Below, in pieces: positions 38,724 to 48,585 of a stretch of DNA of 64,000 bases. The position numbers and the translations under genes are program-made. The DNA is from Sulfurospirillaceae bacterium (GTDB lineage Bacteria; Campylobacterota; Campylobacteria; Campylobacterales; Sulfurospirillaceae). The stretch is taken from positions 128,001-192,000 of the forward strand of contig JAWVXD010000003.1 in NCBI GenBank assembly GCA_033723415.1, read 5' to 3'. A model generated the notes under the pieces. It was not told where the DNA came from, made no database searches, and saw only the letters and a list, made by a program, of their open reading frames with translations. The number at the start of each line of letters is the position of its first letter. Position 1 is the stretch's first letter.

Positions 38724-40818
38724 AAGTATAAAGGTAGCTATAGTTGGGCAGCCTAATGTTGGAAAATCTTCAATTATAAATGCGATTGGCAATGCGAGAT
38801 TACATGTTGGAAATTTTACAGGTGTAACGGTTGCGAAAAAAGAAGTATTTTTACAAAGAGATCTGTATGATATCAAGATGACGGATTTACCCGGAATTTA
38901 TTCATTAAATGCGTACACTCCTGAGGAGCAAGTCTCAAAAAATTTTCTGATAAATGAAGAGTATGACATAATTTTGAATGTTATAGATGCAAATACTCTC
39001 TCAAGAAATCTAATTTTTACTCTTCAACTTTTGGATATGCGTAAAAAAACGATCTTGGTTTTAAATATGATAGACGAAGTTGAGAAAAAGAGCAGCTTTT
39101 TAAGCAAAGAAAACCTGGAAACTCTACTTGGGATTCCTGTTATTTTAACTTCGGCAAAAGAAAATAGAGGTGTTGAAGATATAGTAAATCAGATTATTTC
39201 TACAAGCAATGAAGAGAGCGTTAAAAACAAAATATTCTATGATGAAAGGTTAGAGCAAAGAATTGAGGACTTAGCAAAAATCCTGAGGAAATCTCCTCAT
39301 TTTAAAGATTTGGATTATTCTAGGTTTTTGGCGATAAGACTGCTGGACAGAGATGAAAGCGTTTATAAGATAATACATGACTTGCCTATCTTTATAGAAG
39401 TTCACAATGCTTTGGAAAAAATGTACAAAAACCTTGAAAATGAATTTGATGAAGATAGTACTATAGATATATTTTCTAATCAAAGAGCTGCAATTGCATA
39501 TGATCTACAAAGACAAACTTTGAGTTTGGATGATGAGGAAGTAACACTAAGCGAAAAGATAGACAACTTACTTATACATCCGATTTTAGGTCTTCCTATA
39601 TTTTTATTTTTTATGTGGGCTCTTTTTCAACTTACATTTGAATTTGGCAATATTCCTATGAATTTTATAGATAGCGTTTTCTCGGAGAGTGCAAACTTCC
39701 TAGCTACTTTTCTTCCAAAAGGAATCTTTAATTCTGTTATTACTGAGGGTATTTTGCCTGCGGTTGGAGCTGTTGTTATGTTCTTGCCAAATATTTTGAT
39801 ATTGTTCTTTGGTTTAAATCTTTTAGAACAAACAGGTTACATGAGCAGGGCTGCATATTTGATGGATGGATTTCTGAAAAGATTTGGTTTACAAGGAAAA
39901 GCTTTTGTTCCTCTTGTGAGTGGATTTGGTTGTACGGTTCCTGCATATATGGCTGCTCGTACTTTAAAAAATCCAAAGGATCGGATCATAACTATGCTGG
40001 TTCTTGGATTTATGAGTTGTGGTGCAAAACTTCCTGTTTATGTACTTATAATCTCAGCATTCTTCTCAAATCACAATCCAGGAAATATTCTATTTTTGAT
40101 CTATATAGGTGGAGCTATTCTAGGGCTCTTAGTGGCAAAAGTTCTTAGACTAGTATTATTTAAAGGTGAACCTGAACCATTCGTTATGGAAATGCCTCCA
40201 TATAGATTCCCTTCACTGAAAGCACTTTTGATGGATTTATGGATCAAGACAAGGATGTTCTTAAAAAAAGCAGGGACATTTATAGCGTTAGCATCTATAG
40301 TCGTGTGGTTTTTGAGCTCCTATCCAAAAAATGATGTATTGACGCAAAGTTACACTCAGAAAATCGTGACCTCAAAAAGTGTAGAATCAAAAAAAGAGTT
40401 GAAAAATACCTTGAATGCGAAGCTTCTAGAAGAGAGTTATCTTGGAAGGGTAGGTAAATTTATAGAACCTGTATTTAAACCTTTAGGTTTTGATTGGAGG
40501 ATGAGTGTTTCTGTGATAGCAGGACTTGCGGCAAAAGAGGTCGTCGTATCGACTATGGGAACATTATATGCAGTTGGAAGTTCAGGGGAAACAAATCAAG
40601 GATTGATCAAGAAAATGCAGGAAAATGTAAATTTTAAAGCTGCTTTTGCCCTTATCATAATCATTATGATATATTCACCTTGTTTGGCTGCTATGAGTAC
40701 ATTTTATGCCGAAATTCCTCAGTGGGCATGGAGAGCATTCTATACGATTTATCCAAATGTAGTAGCTTGGATCCTAGCCTATGCATCATATAGAATTTTA
40801 TCTTTGATAGGTTATTAA
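38716..40818 (+). CDS. feoB: Ferrous iron transport protein B
   Basis: GQPNVGKS, GVTV, DLPGIYSL, NMID; LEQTGYMSRAA, GFGC, MSC and YSPC gate motifs. Confidence 0.97.
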   Translation: MNKSIKVAIVGQPNVGKSSIINAIGNARLHVGNFTGVTVAKKEVFLQRDLYDIKMTDLPGIYSLNAYTPEEQVSKNFLINEEYDIILNVIDANTLSRNLIFTLQLLDMRKKTILVLNMIDEVEKKSSFLSKENLETLLGIPVILTSAKENRGVEDIVNQIISTSNEESVKNKIFYDERLEQRIEDLAKILRKSPHFKDLDYSRFLAIRLLDRDESVYKIIHDLPIFIEVHNALEKMYKNLENEFDEDSTIDIFSNQRAAIAYDLQRQTLSLDDEEVTLSEKIDNLLIHPILGLPIFLFFMWALFQLTFEFGNIPMNFIDSVFSESANFLATFLPKGIFNSVITEGILPAVGAVVMFLPNILILFFGLNLLEQTGYMSRAAYLMDGFLKRFGLQGKAFVPLVSGFGCTVPAYMAARTLKNPKDRIITMLVLGFMSCGAKLPVYVLIISAFFSNHNPGNILFLIYIGGAILGLLVAKVLRLVLFKGEPEPFVMEMPPYRFPSLKALLMDLWIKTRMFLKKAGTFIALASIVVWFLSSYPKNDVLTQSYTQKIVTSKSVESKKELKNTLNAKLLEESYLGRVGKFIEPVFKPLGFDWRMSVSVIAGLAAKEVVVSTMGTLYAVGSSGETNQGLIKKMQENVNFKAAFALIIIIMIYSPCLAAMSTFYAEIPQWAWRAFYTIYPNVVAWILAYASYRILSLIGY

Positions 40819-40923
40819 GTATTTGTAGTATAAAATAAAGTTCTTATAAGTCCTTGCAAACGAAGAATCCTGAATGTAAGGAATTTTACTTGGGCAAAGC
40901 TTAGAGTAAAAAGGGACAGTTAG

Positions 40924-41217
40924 ATGAAATTAAGTGAGTTAGAAAAAGGCAAAAGAGCCATAATAAATCAAATCAATTTAAAAAAAGATGTTAGAGAAAG
41001 ATTTATATCTATGGGATTGTGCATCGGTGCGACTATAAAAGTCTGTAGAAAAACAATAAAACAAGACTCTTTGCATGTTACGTTAGATTGTTCTGCTTGT
41101 TTGGCACTTAGTCGTGATGAAGCTGATTTTATAGATGTTACACCTCTTAAAGATGAAGGCTTTGGTTTTAAAAGAAGATTGGGACTAAATAAAAAAGATG
41201 AATGCTGCAAATTTTAG
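40924..41217 (+). CDS. feoA: Second FeoA-family protein with Cys-rich features
   Basis: MKLSELEKGKRAII...RERFISMGLCIGA.I.V...LALSRDEA..I.V; C-terminal extension ending ECCKF. Confidence 0.82.
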   Translation: MKLSELEKGKRAIINQINLKKDVRERFISMGLCIGATIKVCRKTIKQDSLHVTLDCSACLALSRDEADFIDVTPLKDEGFGFKRRLGLNKKDECCKF

Positions 41218-41226
41218 TAAAAATTC

Positions 41227-41253
41227 ATAAGGCTAAAAAAATATTAGCCTTAT
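41227..41253. terminator. Bidirectional terminator between feoA2 and the CDF gene
   Basis: ATAAGGCTAA...TTAGCCTTAT inverted repeat between convergent genes. Confidence 0.7.
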
Positions 41254-41270
41254 AAGTTAAAAATGAATTA

Positions 41271-42206
41271 TTAATTTTGATAGGATACATTTCCTTTGAT
41301 CAATGATTTATCTCCTCTTGGAAGAGGGCATTGATTGATTTCCAGATCATCATATGGGTCTAAGTGAATATTTACAACCCACTCATATTTATTATCGATT
41401 TTTTTGATTTTATCTTCGACCCTATCACCGGCATAATGAGCTCTCAATAAAGACATAGTCGGATCAAAAACAAGATGAACATCTACGAAATTTGTATTTC
41501 CTGCCTGTCTTGTCTTTAGAAGATGGTACCCGTTTATCTCGGTTTCTTCATTTATTACATCTATGATTTTATCTACCAAAGAGTTATCTAAGGCAACATC
41601 AAGTAAAACTAAAACACCGCCTTTTATTATTTCATAAACAGAATATATGATATATATGGAGATCATGATTCCCATGATCGCATCTATAAGATAAAACTTT
41701 GTAAAATGAATGACAACCAAAGAGATAACGATAACTCCATTGCTGTAAACATCTGTTTTATAATGCAGGGCGTCTGCTTTGATGACCATATTGTCTGTTT
41801 TTTTGGCAACGTAATTTAAAAATATAACCAAAGCTATCGTCATCACAAGTGAGATAACCATGACATATATAGAAGAGTTTAGATGGCTTAATACTTCTTT
41901 ATGTATGGCCTTCTGAATTGACTCATAAAATATAAATATGCCTGATATGGCGATAATAGTCCCTTCTATAACTGCTGCAAGAGCTTCAATCTTACCTTTG
42001 CCGTAGTTAAAATAAACATCTGCCGGCTGTTCTGATTTTTTGATGGCAAAGAAATTAAACGCTGAAACTATAAAATCTAAAGTAGAATCTATAGCGCTTG
42101 CCAATACTGCGACAGATCCGCTTATTATGCCGATGGTAAGTTTAATTATTATTAGAACAATAGCAGTCATACTTGATATTATGGTGGCTTTTTTTTGTAG
42201 GGACAT
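41271..42206 (-). CDS. Cation diffusion facilitator (FieF-like)
   Basis: SGSVAVLASAIDSTLD, YGKGKIE, ADALHYKTD and IHLDP motifs. Confidence 0.92.
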   Translation of the reverse strand: MSLQKKATIISSMTAIVLIIIKLTIGIISGSVAVLASAIDSTLDFIVSAFNFFAIKKSEQPADVYFNYGKGKIEALAAVIEGTIIAISGIFIFYESIQKAIHKEVLSHLNSSIYVMVISLVMTIALVIFLNYVAKKTDNMVIKADALHYKTDVYSNGVIVISLVVIHFTKFYLIDAIMGIMISIYIIYSVYEIIKGGVLVLLDVALDNSLVDKIIDVINEETEINGYHLLKTRQAGNTNFVDVHLVFDPTMSLLRAHYAGDRVEDKIKKIDNKYEWVVNIHLDPYDDLEINQCPLPRGDKSLIKGNVSYQN

Positions 42207-42207
42207 T

Positions 42208-43206
42208 TTAACTCTTTTTCTTGGAATTATAACAAAAATAATTTATACTAGCACAATGTAGACTTCCATGTTCTCTTATGAATATGGAAGCGTCTACTCC
42301 TATCACGTCTAATTGCGGTAGATGTGTTTTGAGTTTTGTTAAGACCTCTTGGTCCAATTTATCATGGTAGGTAGGTACTATCAATGCATTGTTTATAAAT
42401 ATAAAATTCATATATGTTGCAGGAAGTCTATGATCTTGGAACATATGAGATGAAGGTAAAGGTAGTGGTAAAAGATCATATCCTGTTTGTTTTAACTCTT
42501 TTTCCATTAACGAGAGCTCTTTAAAATGACTATCTTGCTCGTCATAGCATTTTACATATGCGATTGTATCTTGATCAATAAATCTGGCAAGCGTATCTAT
42601 GTGTGAGTCTGTGTCGTCTCCCTCAAGTCCGCCGTGTTTCAATATGATCATATCTTTGGTACCAAATAATTCACTTAACTTTTTTTTGATCTGATCTTTG
42701 GTGTAATGGGGATTTCTATTTTTATTAAATATACAATTTTCAGTACTTAATAATACGCCTTGACCATTTGTATCTATGCTTCCCCCCTCAAGTATTAGAT
42801 CGATTTTCTGCATTGGAGAATCGATCAAGCCCAGTTCTTGAAGTTTTGTATTGACAAGATTATCTTTGGTTGCATCAAATTTTCCACCCCAGGCATTGAA
42901 GGTAAAGTCGTAATTTTTTAATTTTTCATCTTCATATACTCCGATGACTCCAAAATCTCTTATCCAGGTATCGTTCGTTTCTATTTCGATTAATGTTATA
43001 TTTTCCATAGAATTTAGAAGTGCAGAAACTTCATCTTTTTTTCTGCAAAGTATTATACATTTTTGATATTTTTGTATGGCATTTATAAGTTGGATATATG
43101 CAAGCCTTATCTCGTCAATACTATGTTTCCAGTCACTTCGTGAATCTGGGAATACCAATAATATAAATTCTTGTTTTTCCCATTCAGCAGGTAGTCTTAT
43201 TGACAA
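42208..43206 (-). CDS. aguA: Agmatine deiminase
   Basis: RLPAEWE, DTWIRD, FNAWG, LEGGS, DDTDSHID, ATYMNF and GSLHC motifs. Confidence 0.93.
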   Translation of the reverse strand: MSIRLPAEWEKQEFILLVFPDSRSDWKHSIDEIRLAYIQLINAIQKYQKCIILCRKKDEVSALLNSMENITLIEIETNDTWIRDFGVIGVYEDEKLKNYDFTFNAWGGKFDATKDNLVNTKLQELGLIDSPMQKIDLILEGGSIDTNGQGVLLSTENCIFNKNRNPHYTKDQIKKKLSELFGTKDMIILKHGGLEGDDTDSHIDTLARFIDQDTIAYVKCYDEQDSHFKELSLMEKELKQTGYDLLPLPLPSSHMFQDHRLPATYMNFIFINNALIVPTYHDKLDQEVLTKLKTHLPQLDVIGVDASIFIREHGSLHCASINYFCYNSKKKS

Positions 43207-43264
43207 ATTTTATCCTTTTTGTGATATTATAATTTTGTAATTTTAACATAAACAAAGGTAGAGA

Positions 43265-44800
43265 GTGTTTAAAAAGTGGCAGAAACGAAGTATTAATCAA
43301 ATCAATATGTATGCGATTTTTTTGGCCGGAGTTTTTGCCTTTGCTGCAGCTTTTATAGTCATCTTCAATGAATATCTTGATTTCAATAAAGAAGTTGCAC
43401 AAATAGAGCGAAGCTTCATACAAAACCAAAAAACCCAAATCATAAAAAAAACAAAAATTTTAGAAAAACTCATAAGATACAACTACGAAAGTTTTCATTC
43501 AAATAAAGAATTTGAAAGTAAACTTTCGCAGATTTGCAAGTACATATTAAATGACGGTGAAGAAAAAACAAATCTTTTTATTTTTGACAATAATAAAAGA
43601 ACTATATGTAATTCTAAAATGCAAGAATTTTCACTTTCTATTAAAGATAGGATTTTTGAAATAGCTAACAAGGGAGGAGGTTTTTTAGATATAAAATACG
43701 GCAACAGAAAGTACATGATCTATATAAAAAAAATTAACAAATTAGGTTTAGTTTATGGCGGAGATATCAGTATAGATGATTTTAAACAAACTATCGAACT
43801 AAAAAGAATCGCTTATAAAAACAAAATTGCAGGATTTGTTCTTAAAATATTTTCATTGACACTGCTTTTATATATAATCAGTATTATAAAGTATAGATTT
43901 TATACTAAAAAATTATCCAAAGAGTTAAAATATATAATTGACTCGTTCAAAGTCGCATCTATGGAATATCGTCCTATAAATTTAAGCAAGATAGAATTTT
44001 TTGAATTTAATCAAATAGCCTTACATGCAAATGACATGATATATAAAATCAAAAATAAAAATAGAGCTCTTGTGCTTTTAAACGAAGATCTTGGTAGATT
44101 GGTAGAAGAAAAAACCGAAGAATTGAGAAAGTCTATGGAAAAGAAAAAAGAATTGCTTGTTTATCAAGAAAAATTTGTTAGAAATGCCATACATGAGATA
44201 AACACTCCTTTATCTATAATTCTCATTAATATCGAGCTATACAACTTGAAATTTGAAAAAAATAATTATCTAGCCAATATAGAAGCAGCTGTCAAAGTTC
44301 TTGAAAATATCTACGGAGATTTAGGATATATAGTTAAAAAAGATAGAGTGGTCTATGAAAAGAATATGATTAATTTTTCACTTTTTATTAGCAATAGAAT
44401 AGAGTACTTTCAAGACGTGGCAAGAGGAAATGATCTAGTGTTAAAAGCTGAGATAGACGACAATATTTTTATACTGTTCAATGAGGTACAGCTCCAGAGA
44501 CTTTGTGACAATAGCATCTCAAATGCTATAAAATACAGTTTTGCCAATGAAGTTATAAATGTGAAATTATATGAAGATGATAATCTTTTTGTTTTAGAAG
44601 TTTCAAATAAGGGAGAAAAGATTAAAAATGCAGATAAGCTATTTGAAAAATTTTATAGAGAAGACAAAGCTAGAGGAGGATTTGGTTTGGGTTTAAATAT
44701 AGTAAAAGAGATATGCGATACGAATGACGTAAAAATAATTGTCGTCTCAGAGGGGAACATCATAACATTTAAATACTTTTTTAGCGGAGTGATAAGTTGA
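43265..44800 (+). CDS. Membrane sensor histidine kinase (periplasmic Cache-like region)
   Basis: Two transmembrane helices, H-box AIHEINTPL, N-box SNAIKY, G-box GFGLGL. Confidence 0.9.
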   Translation: MFKKWQKRSINQINMYAIFLAGVFAFAAAFIVIFNEYLDFNKEVAQIERSFIQNQKTQIIKKTKILEKLIRYNYESFHSNKEFESKLSQICKYILNDGEEKTNLFIFDNNKRTICNSKMQEFSLSIKDRIFEIANKGGGFLDIKYGNRKYMIYIKKINKLGLVYGGDISIDDFKQTIELKRIAYKNKIAGFVLKIFSLTLLLYIISIIKYRFYTKKLSKELKYIIDSFKVASMEYRPINLSKIEFFEFNQIALHANDMIYKIKNKNRALVLLNEDLGRLVEEKTEELRKSMEKKKELLVYQEKFVRNAIHEINTPLSIILINIELYNLKFEKNNYLANIEAAVKVLENIYGDLGYIVKKDRVVYEKNMINFSLFISNRIEYFQDVARGNDLVLKAEIDDNIFILFNEVQLQRLCDNSISNAIKYSFANEVINVKLYEDDNLFVLEVSNKGEKIKNADKLFEKFYREDKARGGFGLGLNIVKEICDTNDVKIIVVSEGNIITFKYFFSGVIS

Positions 44801-45459
44801 AAATCTTACTTTTAGAAGATGAGACCATGCTTAGAAATTCTATCAGTGAATACTTAGAATCGCTTGGTCATGAGATAGATGGTTTTGCAAATGGTGCAGA
44901 GGCTTATGAAGTCTTAAAGACAGAAAAATATGATCTTCTGCTTTTAGATATAAATGTTCCAAAAATAAACGGTTTAGAGTTGCTTGAAAAACTAAATAAG
45001 ATCAAACATTCTACTACGATTTTTATCAGTGCGATGATAGATATAGAAGATATCAGTCAAGCCTATGAATTGGGAGCTTCGGATTATCTGAAAAAGCCAT
45101 TTCATTTAAAAGAGCTGGCACTTAAAATAAATCAGATAAAAAAAGAGCAAAGTGCAAAAGAACTACAGCAAGTAGTGTTGAGCAAAAGATACAGTTTTTC
45201 AAAGGAAAAACAAATCTTATTTTATAACAACAGTGCACAAACACTTACTAAAAAACAGTTGCAAATCTTAACACTGTTATCTCAAAACCTTGGTATAGTA
45301 GTAGATTTTGAAAAATTCAGGAGTTTTGTTTGGCAAGACGAACCTGTAGATAATGCAACAATAAGAGCTGAGATCAGTCGTCTTAGAAAATCTTTGAAAG
45401 AAGACTTTATAGTTAATATGAAAGGAGTCGGATATAAGATAGCAAAATACTTTGTTTAA
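44797..45459 (+). CDS. OmpR-family response regulator
   Basis: LLEDE, LLDINVP, YLKKPF and a C-terminal winged helix (ISRLRK..GVGY). Confidence 0.92.
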   Translation: MKILLLEDETMLRNSISEYLESLGHEIDGFANGAEAYEVLKTEKYDLLLLDINVPKINGLELLEKLNKIKHSTTIFISAMIDIEDISQAYELGASDYLKKPFHLKELALKINQIKKEQSAKELQQVVLSKRYSFSKEKQILFYNNSAQTLTKKQLQILTLLSQNLGIVVDFEKFRSFVWQDEPVDNATIRAEISRLRKSLKEDFIVNMKGVGYKIAKYFV

Positions 45460-45515
45460 GGGGCAATGTGCTACTTTTTTTCACATTGAATCAATAAAGG
45501 CTCCATGTAAGCCAT

Positions 45516-45537
45516 AATGCTACGAAAATGCTATGAA
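45516..45537 (+). promoter_or_regulatory. 11-bp tandem direct repeat upstream of acs (probable response-regulator site)
   Basis: AATGCTACGAA AATGCTATGAA. Confidence 0.6.
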
Positions 45538-45591
45538 ATTTCATTATTATGTATTCTAGAGTATAAAATCAATGCTAATAAGGAGAAATAT

Positions 45592-47532
45592 ATGTCAGAA
45601 ATTTTTGAACCGAACAGAGAGTTTAGCCGAAATGCGCGCATTAAGAATATGTGCGAGTATAAAGAACTATGTCATCAAGTTGATGATGGTTATGAGGAAT
45701 ATTGGGATAAACTGGCTAAGGAAAAGATTGATTGGTTTGAACCTTATAATAAAGTGTTGGACGAGAGTGAAGCACCTTTTTATAAATGGTTTGTCGGAGG
45801 AAAATTAAACGTCACACATCAATGTATCGGAAGGCATTTAAAAGAAAGAAAAAACAAAGCTGCAATCATCTGGGAAGGTGAAGACGGAAGTCGTAGAATC
45901 ATCACATATTTGCTTTTATATTACAGAGTCAATCGTATGGCAAACCTTTTGAAAAATCAATTTGGTATTAAAAAAGGTGATAGAGTAGTTCTTTATATGC
46001 CTATGATTCCTGAAGCTGCATTTGCGATGCTAGCATGTGCCAAGATCGGTGCAATACACTCTGTTGTTTTCGGTGGATTTTCAGCCGAAGCACTAAGAGA
46101 CAGGATCATAGATGCCCAAGCAAAACTTGTAATTACCGCTGATGGAGCTTTTAGAAGAGGGACTCCATATTTACTCAAACCAACAGTAGATGCTGCTTTA
46201 GAGAGTGGATGTGAATGTTGTGAAAAAGTTTTGGTGGTTAAGAGAAACTTTGAAGATATAGATATGGTAGATGGTAGAGATTTTGTTTATAATGATATGA
46301 TAAAGAATGAATCACAACATTGCCCTGCCGAGCCTATGGATAGTGAAGATCCTTTATTCTTGTTGTACACTTCTGGAAGTACAGGAAAACCAAAAGGAGT
46401 TCAACATTCTCAAGCCGGATATATTTTATGGGCACAATACACGATGGAAAATGTCTTTGACGTAAAAGAAAATGATACTTTTTGGTGTACTGCCGATGTC
46501 GGTTGGGTTACAGGACACACTTATATAGTCTATGGACCTCTTGCCATGGGTGCTACCACGATCATGTATGAAGGTGTTCCTTTATATCCTGATGCCGGAA
46601 GATGGTGGAATATGATCGAAGAGCTTAGAATAAATCAATTCTATACCGCACCTACTGCGATCAGATTGTTACATAAAGTAGGGGCTGATGAACCAGGCAA
46701 ATATGATCTTAGTTCATTGAAAGTTCTAGGAACGGTTGGAGAACCGATCAACCCGGATGCTTGGATGTGGTATTATAATGAGATTGGAAAAGGAAAGTGT
46801 TCGATAGTAGATACTTGGTGGCAAACAGAAACAGGCGGTCATATGATATCTCCTCTTCCTGGTGCAACTCCTATCAAGCCTGGAAGTGCAACATTCCCAT
46901 TACCTGGAATCAAAGCGGAGATCATAGATGAAGAGGGTAATCCGACTCCTGTAGGAGAAAAAGGTCTATTGTGTATCACCAAACCTTGGCCTTCAATGAT
47001 AAGAACTATCTGGGGAGATCCTGAGCGATTTAAAAAATCATATTTTGGTGATTGTAAAAAAGATGGAAAACCTGTGTACTTTTCAGGTGACGGTGCGATG
47101 TATGATGAAAACGGCTACATTACTATAACAGGAAGAACGGATGATGTTATCAATGTTTCAGGACATAGACTTGGAACAGCCGAAGTTGAAGCTGTTGTAG
47201 CACATGTTGACGGTGTTGCTGAGGTTGCAGTCGTAGGCAGACCAGATGATATCAAAGGAGAGAGTTTGTTTGCTTATGTTGTTGCAAGAGACGGTATGGT
47301 CAGTGATCCTCTTCAAAAAGCTATAAATCAGGAAATAGTAAAAGAGATAGGACCTATAGCAAAAGTAGATGCGATTCTTTTGGTTCCGGGACTTCCAAAA
47401 ACAAGAAGTGGAAAGATCATGAGAAGATTGCTTAGAACTATAGCCAAAGGAGAAGATATCACACAAGATATATCAACTTTGGAAGATCCTAGTGTTATCA
47501 CAAAAATAGAACAGTTATTTAAAGGAAAATAA
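45592..47532 (+). CDS. acs: Acetyl-CoA synthetase (AMP-forming)
   Basis: Start at ATG 45592 after [26 protein letters not shown] and [11 protein letters not shown] motifs. Confidence 0.96.
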   Translation: MSEIFEPNREFSRNARIKNMCEYKELCHQVDDGYEEYWDKLAKEKIDWFEPYNKVLDESEAPFYKWFVGGKLNVTHQCIGRHLKERKNKAAIIWEGEDGSRRIITYLLLYYRVNRMANLLKNQFGIKKGDRVVLYMPMIPEAAFAMLACAKIGAIHSVVFGGFSAEALRDRIIDAQAKLVITADGAFRRGTPYLLKPTVDAALESGCECCEKVLVVKRNFEDIDMVDGRDFVYNDMIKNESQHCPAEPMDSEDPLFLLYTSGSTGKPKGVQHSQAGYILWAQYTMENVFDVKENDTFWCTADVGWVTGHTYIVYGPLAMGATTIMYEGVPLYPDAGRWWNMIEELRINQFYTAPTAIRLLHKVGADEPGKYDLSSLKVLGTVGEPINPDAWMWYYNEIGKGKCSIVDTWWQTETGGHMISPLPGATPIKPGSATFPLPGIKAEIIDEEGNPTPVGEKGLLCITKPWPSMIRTIWGDPERFKKSYFGDCKKDGKPVYFSGDGAMYDENGYITITGRTDDVINVSGHRLGTAEVEAVVAHVDGVAEVAVVGRPDDIKGESLFAYVVARDGMVSDPLQKAINQEIVKEIGPIAKVDAILLVPGLPKTRSGKIMRRLLRTIAKGEDITQDISTLEDPSVITKIEQLFKGK

Positions 47533-47533
47533 G

Positions 47534-47731
47534 ATGAAGAACCACAAAGTTATAGATATCAAAATCACATACCAACCAGAAAATATGGAGAATGTCCAAA
47601 GCTTAGAAGAAAAAGTAGAGAAGTTTTTGGAGAGTATTAAAGGAACTAAGGGCGTAAAGATAAAAGCTAAGAAGCATAACGTTGCAGTAGATATTATGCT
47701 TGATGAGTATGGTATGGAGTTAGAAGAATAA
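47534..47731 (+). CDS. Small hypothetical protein coupled to acs
   Basis: 65 aa, starts 1 nt after the acs stop, AAGGA RBS, fills the gap. Confidence 0.7.
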   Translation: MKNHKVIDIKITYQPENMENVQSLEEKVEKFLESIKGTKGVKIKAKKHNVAVDIMLDEYGMELEE

Positions 47732-47752
47732 CTTCATTTAAGGGGTAGTACG

Positions 47753-48001
47753 CTATTTTTGGCGGCTACCCACATAATTTTTAAATATTCCGTATATCGT
47801 TATGATTATCCAAAAAACTTCTATAAGAAAAGATCCCAGATTAAAATGTACTATTAGTGATATAATTAAGAGGATAGCTCCTATTAAATTCAATGCTTGA
47901 AATCTGATTGAATGATTATTAGCTTTGTTTGTTTGAATCAGAAAATATGCATAAATAATAAAAAGCATCCCAATAAAACCGATAAGTTGATAAATATCCA
48001 A
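47753..48001 (-). CDS. Small membrane protein (CBU_0592-like)
   Basis: IG..G...II.AY.L.Q...LNL.GA.LL..SL...FN..SF.IE.FW..I..YG pattern; AAGGAG + TTG. Confidence 0.75.
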   Translation of the reverse strand: MDIYQLIGFIGMLFIIYAYFLIQTNKANNHSIRFQALNLIGAILLIISLIVHFNLGSFLIEVFWIIITIYGIFKNYVGSRQK

Positions 48002-48068
48002 ATTGACTCCTTTAAAAACCGAAAATTATAGCACAATATGTTACAATTAAACTAAAAAAGAGAACAAA

Positions 48069-48563
48069 ATGGAAACAATTCTTATTATAAATACCGGCGG
48101 CACTTTCAATAAAAGATACAATCCGCTGAAAGGTGAACTTCAAGTGCCGGATGATAGTTTGGCATTGGATGGTATATTAAAATATTTTTATAATTTAAAC
48201 TACAAAACAATAAATATTATTCATAAAGATAGTTTGGATATGAACAACGAAGATAGAGAAGAGATAGCTAAACTTATACAGCACTCTTCTTATAAGAAAG
48301 TTATCATAGTTCATGGTACTGATACTATGGATAAAACAGCAGAATTCTTAGATGAGAAGATCAAAGACAAATGTATCGTGCTAACAGGGGCGATGGTTCC
48401 TTTTAGCATTGAGCAAGTTGAAGCTACAACAAATATCTCAACAGCGATAGGATATATGCTAAGTTGCCAAAGGACAGGTGTTTATATAGCGATGCATGGA
48501 TTAGTGAACTTACATGACAAGATATTTAAGAACAGAGAAATAGGTGTTTTTCAAAGTAAGTAA
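48069..48563 (+). CDS. Short, single-domain L-asparaginase family protein
   Basis: NTGGT, DSLDM, HGTDTM and LTGAM motifs; only 164 aa. Confidence 0.85.
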   Translation: METILIINTGGTFNKRYNPLKGELQVPDDSLALDGILKYFYNLNYKTINIIHKDSLDMNNEDREEIAKLIQHSSYKKVIIVHGTDTMDKTAEFLDEKIKDKCIVLTGAMVPFSIEQVEATTNISTAIGYMLSCQRTGVYIAMHGLVNLHDKIFKNREIGVFQSK

Positions 48564-48585
48564 TCTCCTTTAAAGAGATTACTTA
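48557..48585. terminator. Bidirectional terminator between the asparaginase gene and yebC
   Basis: TAAGTAATCTC-CTTTAAA-GAGATTACTTA perfect 11-bp stem. Confidence 0.75.

Noticed and set aside
45517..45591. 25-aa N-terminal extension of Acs
   Set aside because: Covers the regulatory repeat; the AAGGAG RBS marks ATG 45592 as the start.
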